A stretch of 64,000 nt of DNA from positions 130,528 to 194,527 of the forward strand of contig JAWLHV010000004.1 in the NCBI GenBank assembly GCA_041690175.1, read 5' to 3'. Each line of letters opens with the position of its first letter. Position 1 is the stretch's first letter. A program made the position numbers and the translations under genes. Below, one piece after another: positions 58,823 through 64,000 of this stretch. The notes under the pieces were generated by a model, which saw nothing but the letters and a program-made list of their open reading frames with translations, ran no database searches and was not told the origin of the DNA. The DNA is from Dehalococcoidia bacterium. Lineage in GTDB: Bacteria; Chloroflexota; Dehalococcoidia; UBA2979.

Positions 58823-60589
58823 ATGAGCCTGCCCGCGGACCGGTACGTGCGTGCCCTGCTCGAGTCCCTCTACCAGGGCGGCGTCCGCCACGTGGTGATC
58901 GCTCCCGGCTCCCGCAACACGCCGCTCACCACCGCCCTGACCGCCGCCGGCTCACCCTTTCGGACGTGGCTCCACCTGGACGAGCGCTCCGCCGCCTACT
59001 TCGCGCTCGGCCTGGCGAGGCAACTCGGCGCGCCGGTGGCGGTGACCTGCACCTCCGGCACCGCAGCCGCGAACTTCCTCTCCGCCGCGGTCGAGGCGCG
59101 TCTCTCCCGCGTGCCGCTGGTGCTCCTGACGGCGGACCGGCCGCCGGAGGCGCGGGACGTGGGCGCAGCCCAGACCGTGGACCAGGTGGGCATGTTCGGC
59201 TCCCACGTGAAGTGGGCGGCCGACCTCCCCGTGGCCGAAGAGGGCGCGCTTGCCGAACTCACGCGCTACGCGCGTTCCGCGGGCGCACGGGCCGCCGCCG
59301 TCGCCGTCGAGGCGCCCGCCGGCCCCGTCCACCTGAACGTCCCCTTCCGCGAACCGCTCATTGCCCCCGGCGACGCCCCTTTCGAGGGCTTCGACTCGCC
59401 GGCGGCACGGCTCGCCTCCGAACCGCTGGCGCCCGGCGCCGGAGCGGTGCAGCGCCTCGCCGCGATGCTGCCGGGCCGTCGAGGGCTGATCGTGTGCGGA
59501 CCGGAGCACCAGGGGCTGCCGGCCGCGGAGGTCGCCGCGCTGGCGGCGGTCCTCGGGTGGCCGGTGGTGGCGGACCCGCTGTCCGGCCTGCGGGCAGGGC
59601 CGCACGATCGCAGCCAGGTGGTGGACTGCGTGGACGCACTGGCGCGGGTGCCGGCATTCGCGGAGGCTGCCGTGCCTGACGTGGTGCTGCGCTTCGGCGC
59701 GGCCATGACGGCGAAACCGTTCAACACGTGGCTCGCGCAGCACCCGGAGGTCCACCGCATCGTGGTGGACCCGGCCACGCCCGGGACTGGCGGCTGGCGC
59801 GACCCTGACCTGCAGGCGGACGAGTCGATCGCCGCGGACCCCGGAGCGTTCTGCCGCGCCCTCACGGGCGCCCTCGCCGGCGACGGCGCGCCAGACCGCG
59901 CGTGGCTCGGCCTCTGGACCACGGCCAACGCCGCCGCCCGCGAGGCGATGCGCGCCGCCATCGATGCCATGGACGAGCCGTTCGAGGGCCGCGCGGTGCT
60001 GGACCTGGCGGAGGCGCTGCCGGACGGCAGCACGCTCGTAGCGGGCAACTCCATGCCGGTGCGCGACATCGACTCCTTCTTCTTCAGCACAGAGAAGCGC
60101 ATCCGCATCGTGGGCACGCGCGGCGCGTCCGGCATCGATGGCGTGGTCTCCACCGCCGTGGGCGCGGCCGCCGCCGGCGAAGGCCCGGTGGCGCTGCTCA
60201 TCGGCGACCTGTCGTTCCTGCACGACCTCAATGGCCTGTGGCCGGTCGGGCGGTACGGGCTGGACCTGACCGTCCTGCTGGTGAACAACAACGGCGGCGG
60301 CATCTTCTCCTTCCTCCCGCAGCGCGCCGCCACACCCGCCCGCTTCGACGCCTGGTGGGGCACGCCCCACGGGCTTGACCTGGCGCCCGCCGTGGCGCTG
60401 CATCGAGGGCGCCACCAGGTGCTGGGGGACGCCTCGGAGGCCGCGCGTATCGGTGCGGCGCTGGGGCAGCCGGGGCTGGACGTGCTGGAGTTGCGCACGG
60501 ACCGGGAGCGGAACGTGGCGCTGCACCGCCAGGCCTGGGACCGCGCGGCGGAGGCCGTCACGGACGCCCTGGCCGCGGTGAGCGCGTAG
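58823..60589 (+). CDS. menD: 2-succinyl-5-enolpyruvyl-6-hydroxy-3-cyclohexene-1-carboxylate synthase
   Basis: 588 aa. ThDP enzyme with TPP-binding region (GDLSFLHDLNGL...NNNGGGIF). Confidence 0.9.
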   Translation: MSLPADRYVRALLESLYQGGVRHVVIAPGSRNTPLTTALTAAGSPFRTWLHLDERSAAYFALGLARQLGAPVAVTCTSGTAAANFLSAAVEARLSRVPLVLLTADRPPEARDVGAAQTVDQVGMFGSHVKWAADLPVAEEGALAELTRYARSAGARAAAVAVEAPAGPVHLNVPFREPLIAPGDAPFEGFDSPAARLASEPLAPGAGAVQRLAAMLPGRRGLIVCGPEHQGLPAAEVAALAAVLGWPVVADPLSGLRAGPHDRSQVVDCVDALARVPAFAEAAVPDVVLRFGAAMTAKPFNTWLAQHPEVHRIVVDPATPGTGGWRDPDLQADESIAADPGAFCRALTGALAGDGAPDRAWLGLWTTANAAAREAMRAAIDAMDEPFEGRAVLDLAEALPDGSTLVAGNSMPVRDIDSFFFSTEKRIRIVGTRGASGIDGVVSTAVGAAAAGEGPVALLIGDLSFLHDLNGLWPVGRYGLDLTVLLVNNNGGGIFSFLPQRAATPARFDAWWGTPHGLDLAPAVALHRGRHQVLGDASEAARIGAALGQPGLDVLELRTDRERNVALHRQAWDRAAEAVTDALAAVSA

Positions 60590-60597
60590 GAGCCGGC

Positions 60598-61431
60598 GTG
60601 GGGCACGTCACCGTCGATGGCCTGGACTACTTCGTGGACCGCTACGGGCAGGGCCCGCCGGTCATGCTCCTCCACGGCTTCACCGGCTCCCGCAGCACCT
60701 GGTACGACCTGGTCCGCCTGCTGGAGGAGGAGTTCACCACCTACTCCATCGACCTCATCGGCCACGGCCGCACCGCCTCGCCGGCCTCCGTGGAGCGCTA
60801 CCGCATGGACCGCGCCGTGGACGACCTGGTGGAGGTCATGCGCGCGCTGGGGCACGAGCGCGCCACGTGGCTGGGCTACTCGCTGGGCGGGCGCACGGCG
60901 CTGCAACTGGCCGCACGCCACCCGGAGGCTGTCTCCGCATTGGTGCTGGAGGGCGCGAGCCCCGGCCTCGCCTCGGAGGCGGAGCGACAGGCGCGCATCG
61001 AGGGCGACGAGGGCCTCGCACGGATGATCGAGGAGCAGGGGCTCGAGGCGTTCGTGGAGTACTGGGGCTCCATCCCGCTGTGGGCCAGCCAGGAGACGCA
61101 CCTGTCCGGGCCGCAGCGCGAGGCGCTCCGTCAGCAGCGGATGGCGCAGCGGGGCGTCGGCCTGGCGAACTCGCTGCGCGGCATGGGTACCGGTTCGCAG
61201 CAGTGGGTGGGGGAGCGTCTGTCCGAAATCCGCGTGCCCGTTCTGCTGACGGCGGGTAGTCTGGATGTGAAGTACGTGGAGATCGCCCGGGGGATGGCGG
61301 CAGCATTCCCGGAGGCAACCCTGCGGATCATCGAGGACGCCGGACACGCGGCGCACCTTGAGCAGCCTCAGGCGTTCAACTCCACGGTGCTGGACTTCCT
61401 GCGCAGCGTTCGGCCCGCTCTGGTCGGGTAG
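60598..61431 (+). CDS. menH: 2-succinyl-6-hydroxy-2,4-cyclohexadiene-1-carboxylate synthase (alpha/beta hydrolase)
   Basis: GTG after AGGAG. HGFTGS oxyanion region, nucleophile elbow GYSLGG, catalytic His in AGHAAH. Confidence 0.8.
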   Translation: MGHVTVDGLDYFVDRYGQGPPVMLLHGFTGSRSTWYDLVRLLEEEFTTYSIDLIGHGRTASPASVERYRMDRAVDDLVEVMRALGHERATWLGYSLGGRTALQLAARHPEAVSALVLEGASPGLASEAERQARIEGDEGLARMIEEQGLEAFVEYWGSIPLWASQETHLSGPQREALRQQRMAQRGVGLANSLRGMGTGSQQWVGERLSEIRVPVLLTAGSLDVKYVEIARGMAAAFPEATLRIIEDAGHAAHLEQPQAFNSTVLDFLRSVRPALVG

Positions 61432-61491
61432 GGCCGGGCGAGTGGGCCTGGTCGAGCGGTCCGCGTAACCCCAGACGGAAACCAAGGCGGA

Positions 61492-62415
61492 ATGCCAGTG
61501 TCACAGGCCGCAGTCCACCCACCCGTCCTTCCTCCGCCCGGCAGCCTGCGCGCGTGGATCCTGGCGATCCGCCCGCCCACGCTGACGGCGGCCATCGTCC
61601 CCGTGGCGGTGGGCACGGGCGTGGCCTTCCGGGATGGACACAGGGAGTGGCTCGCCGCGCTCGCGGCCCTGGTGGGCGCGCTGGCGCTGCAGGTGGCCGC
61701 CAACTTCGCCAACGACCTCTCCGACTATAGGCGGGGTGCGGACAACGAGTCTCGCCTGGGCCCGCCGCGGGCCACCCAACTGGGGCTGCTGACGCAGCGC
61801 CAGGTGACCGGCGCGATCTTCGCGGCGTTCGGCCTCGCGACGCTCGTGGGCCTTTACCTCGTGTACGTGGGGGGCTGGCCGATCATCGCCATCGGGCTGG
61901 CCTCCATGCTCGCGGCCGTGACGTACACCGGCGGCCCGTGGCCCTTCGGCTACCGAGGGCTGGGCGAGGTCTTTGTCTTCATCTTCTTCGGCGTGGTGGC
62001 GGTGGCCGGGACCTACTACGTGCAGTCCGGCGGCGTGAGCGGCCACGTGATCGCCGCCTCCATCCCGGTCTCCCTGACCGTCACCGCCATCCTGGTCGTC
62101 AACAACGTCCGCGACATCGATACGGATCGCCTGGCCGGGAAGTTCACGCTGGCCGTCTACCTCGGCCGCCGTCTCGCCCGCACTGAGTTCGTGGTGGTGG
62201 TGGCCGGCGCCTACCTGGCTGCCGCATCGCTGTGGGTACTCGGCGGCTTCTCTGGCTGGGTGCTGCTCTCCTGGCTGTCCGTGCCCGCCGCCTTCGTTCC
62301 AGTGGGGGCGGTGATGGCGAGGACGGATGGGCCGTCCCTGAACCAGGCACTGCGTTCCACAGCGCGCCTGCATCTGCTCTTTGGCATCCTGCTCGCCGTC
62401 GGCGTCTCGGTATGA
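61492..62415 (+). CDS. menA: 1,4-dihydroxy-2-naphthoate polyprenyltransferase
   Basis: 307 aa, UbiA-family. About 8 TM helices. Asp-rich motif NDLSDYRRGAD. Confidence 0.85.
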   Translation: MPVSQAAVHPPVLPPPGSLRAWILAIRPPTLTAAIVPVAVGTGVAFRDGHREWLAALAALVGALALQVAANFANDLSDYRRGADNESRLGPPRATQLGLLTQRQVTGAIFAAFGLATLVGLYLVYVGGWPIIAIGLASMLAAVTYTGGPWPFGYRGLGEVFVFIFFGVVAVAGTYYVQSGGVSGHVIAASIPVSLTVTAILVVNNVRDIDTDRLAGKFTLAVYLGRRLARTEFVVVVAGAYLAAASLWVLGGFSGWVLLSWLSVPAAFVPVGAVMARTDGPSLNQALRSTARLHLLFGILLAVGVSV

Positions 62416-63515
62416 GCGCCCCGACGCCCATCGCGCTCCGCTGGCGGCCGTTCCGGGTGCAGATGCGCCACCGCTTCCAGGCCGCCCACGGCGCGCTGGA
62501 CGACCGCGAGGGCGTCCTGATCACGCTGCGCGATGCCGAGGGCCGGACCGGTATTGGCGAGGCGTCCCCGATGTCCTCGCTGGGGCAGGGCTGCGCCGCC
62601 GACGTCCTGGCCCTGCTGGAGCAGCACGGTGCTGCCCTGCTGGACGCGGATGCCGCGAGCGCCCTCGATGGCCCGGGCGCGAACGCCCTGCGGTGCGCGC
62701 TGGACGTCGCGACGCTGGACCTACGCGCGCAGGCTGCCGGCCGCCCGGTGGCAGCGCTGCTCGCGGAGGCGCCGCCCGCACCGTGGGTCATGGCGAACGC
62801 GGTCATCGGCGGCGGCACCGCCTACGAGGTTGCCCGCTACGGCCGCGAGGCGGTGGACGCGGGCTATGCGGTGCTGAAGGTGAAGGTGGGCGTCTCCTCC
62901 GTCAGCGAGGACCACCGCCGCCTCTCCGCGCTCCGCGAGGCCTGCCCGGAGGCGGTGATCCGCCTGGACGCGAACGGCGCGTGGGACGAGGCGACGGCCC
63001 TGGAGGCGATCAGCGCGTTCTCGCCGCTGGGCATCGAACTGCTAGAGCAGCCCGTCCCGGCTGCGGACGTGGCGGCGCTCGCGCGGGTGCGTGAACGTGC
63101 ACCGATGCGCATCGCCGCCGACGAGGCGGTGGGCGACCCCGAGGCGCTCGAGGCGATCCTGCAGCAGCGCGCCGCCGACCTGCTGGTGCTGAAGCCGATG
63201 ATCCTCGGCGGCCTGACCGCGTCCGTGGCTATCGCCGCGCGCGCCGCGGAGCGGGGCATCGGGGCGTTCGTCACCACCACGTTCGACTCGTCCCTAGGGA
63301 CGGCGGCAGCGCTGCACCTGGCCGCCTCGCTGCCCGCGGACGCTGCCCACGGCCTGGGCACCGGCGAGCACCTGGCCACGGACGTCCTGCCAACCACGAT
63401 CCTCCCGGAGCGCGGCCGCCTCACATTGCCCGCCGCGGCCGGCCTCGGCGTGACGCTGGACGAGGACGCGCTGGAGGCAGTGGCCACCGCGCCCTGGCGG
63501 ACGGCCGAGCGCTAA
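62412..63515 (+). CDS. menC: o-succinylbenzoate synthase (enolase superfamily)
   Basis: ATG at 62412 overlapping the menA stop (ATGA), 367 aa. Enolase-superfamily metal ligands in LKVKVG, RLDANGAW and LEQP blocks. The 427-aa track ORF is over-extended. Confidence 0.85.
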   Translation: MSAPTPIALRWRPFRVQMRHRFQAAHGALDDREGVLITLRDAEGRTGIGEASPMSSLGQGCAADVLALLEQHGAALLDADAASALDGPGANALRCALDVATLDLRAQAAGRPVAALLAEAPPAPWVMANAVIGGGTAYEVARYGREAVDAGYAVLKVKVGVSSVSEDHRRLSALREACPEAVIRLDANGAWDEATALEAISAFSPLGIELLEQPVPAADVAALARVRERAPMRIAADEAVGDPEALEAILQQRAADLLVLKPMILGGLTASVAIAARAAERGIGAFVTTTFDSSLGTAAALHLAASLPADAAHGLGTGEHLATDVLPTTILPERGRLTLPAAAGLGVTLDEDALEAVATAPWRTAER

Positions 63516-63517
63516 CG

Positions 63518-64000
63518 ATGGTTGCCCCGGGCACGGCACGGACCGTCTCCGTGGACATCCGCGACTGGGTCGCCGAGCGCGCCCGCACCCATCCCGAGCA
63601 CACCGCCATCGAGTGCGCCTCCGAGCGCTTGGTCTACGCCGACCTCGACCGTCGCGCTGGCCTGGCTGCGGCAGGACTCCGAGAGCGCGGGGTGGCCGGC
63701 GGGCCGGTGGGGGTGCTGGCCGGTAACGGCGTGCCCATGGCCGTGCTCGCGCACGCGGTGCCTCGTGCGAGTGGGCTGTTCATGCCGCTCAACGCGCGCC
63801 TCTCCGCCGCCGAGATAGCGTTCCAGTTGGAGGACTCCGGCGCGCGCGTCCTCCTCGCGACCGGCGAGTACGCCTCGGCGGCGCGGGAGGCGGCGCAGGG
63901 CCTGCCGGTGGAGGTGCTGGATGCGGACGGCGATGGCTGGTGGGGCGGCTCACCCCTCGAAGGGGCGAGCGCCATCGAGGCATCCACGCCGCACAGCGTT
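63518..64000 (+). CDS. menE: o-succinylbenzoate-CoA ligase, N-terminal fragment truncated by the window end
   Basis: ATG at 63518, 2 nt after the menC stop. AMP-binding N-terminus (ERARTHPEHTAIECASERLVYADLDRRAGLAAAGL). This frame is not in the ORF track; the listed 63522..63818 ORF is in another frame. Confidence 0.7.
   Translation, partial: MVAPGTARTVSVDIRDWVAERARTHPEHTAIECASERLVYADLDRRAGLAAAGLRERGVAGGPVGVLAGNGVPMAVLAHAVPRASGLFMPLNARLSAAEIAFQLEDSGARVLLATGEYASAAREAAQGLPVEVLDADGDGWWGGSPLEGASAIEASTPHSV

Noticed and set aside
62232-63818. 427-aa menC-containing ORF and 98-aa ORF at 63522
   Set aside because: menC starts at ATG 62412. The 63522 ORF is in the wrong frame relative to the menE N-terminus, which starts at 63518.

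Overview
This 64 kb window is about 70% GC. It is densely packed with protein-coding genes and looks like a bacterial chromosomal core region of a high-GC lineage (Actinobacteria or Chloroflexi/Thermomicrobia-like). I found no rRNA, tRNA, CRISPR array, transposase or integrase.

Many entries in the six-frame track are stop-free artefacts of the GC bias. These include antisense frames and long N-terminal over-extensions. I trimmed real genes to internal starts that have Shine-Dalgarno-like motifs.

Recognisable content, in order:
- A PhzF-family isomerase, alanine dehydrogenase, an Fmt-like formyltransferase, signal peptidase I and an AlkA-like glycosylase.
- Two tandem P-loop kinase-like paralogs.
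- A sensor-kinase-like protein that lacks the H-box.
- A maoC / acyl-CoA mutase large subunit / fabG-phaB-like operon.
- A complete SUF Fe-S cluster operon: sufR-sufC-sufB-sufD-Rieske-sufS-sufU-sufT, with an identifiable promoter.
- An orphan TAT-lipoprotein family-5 solute-binding protein, and an FGE-like plus carbon-nitrogen hydrolase pair.
- glcDEF (glycolate oxidase), two SDRs, an IMPase-family phosphatase, an orphan PAS histidine kinase, a beta-lactamase-fold esterase and a quinone oxidoreductase.
- A LonC-like protease, an APC permease, a HAD-like hydrolase, an MFS transporter, a cupredoxin-like protein and a methyltransferase-like protein.
- A KPAA-repeat histone-H1-like miniprotein with a textbook bidirectional terminator, convergent with a small Arg-tailed membrane protein.
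- Two tandem CorC/HlyC transporters.
- A gltA-linked cluster: citrate synthase, a zinc ribbon, a DinB-like protein, a NUDIX hydrolase and a transglutaminase-like protein.
- A desulforedoxin-like miniprotein behind a perfect 18-bp palindrome, and an AMP-forming acyl-CoA synthetase.
- Two paralogous membrane-anchored LuxR/GerE-HTH proteins. One carries a Kelch-like ectodomain and the other a LysM-LysM-M23 peptidase ectodomain. A 27-bp tandem repeat lies between them.
- CapA, a PaaI-type thioesterase, a phosphotriesterase-like hydrolase, an M28-fold peptidase-like protein, a secreted matrixin-like metalloprotease and a DUF983 zinc-ribbon protein.
- A menaquinone cluster menF-menD-menH-menA-menC-menE; menE is cut at the window end.

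The strongest candidates for something undescribed are the paired LuxR-HTH/TM/ectodomain genes with their intergenic repeat, the KPAA miniprotein locus and the desulforedoxin-like miniprotein.
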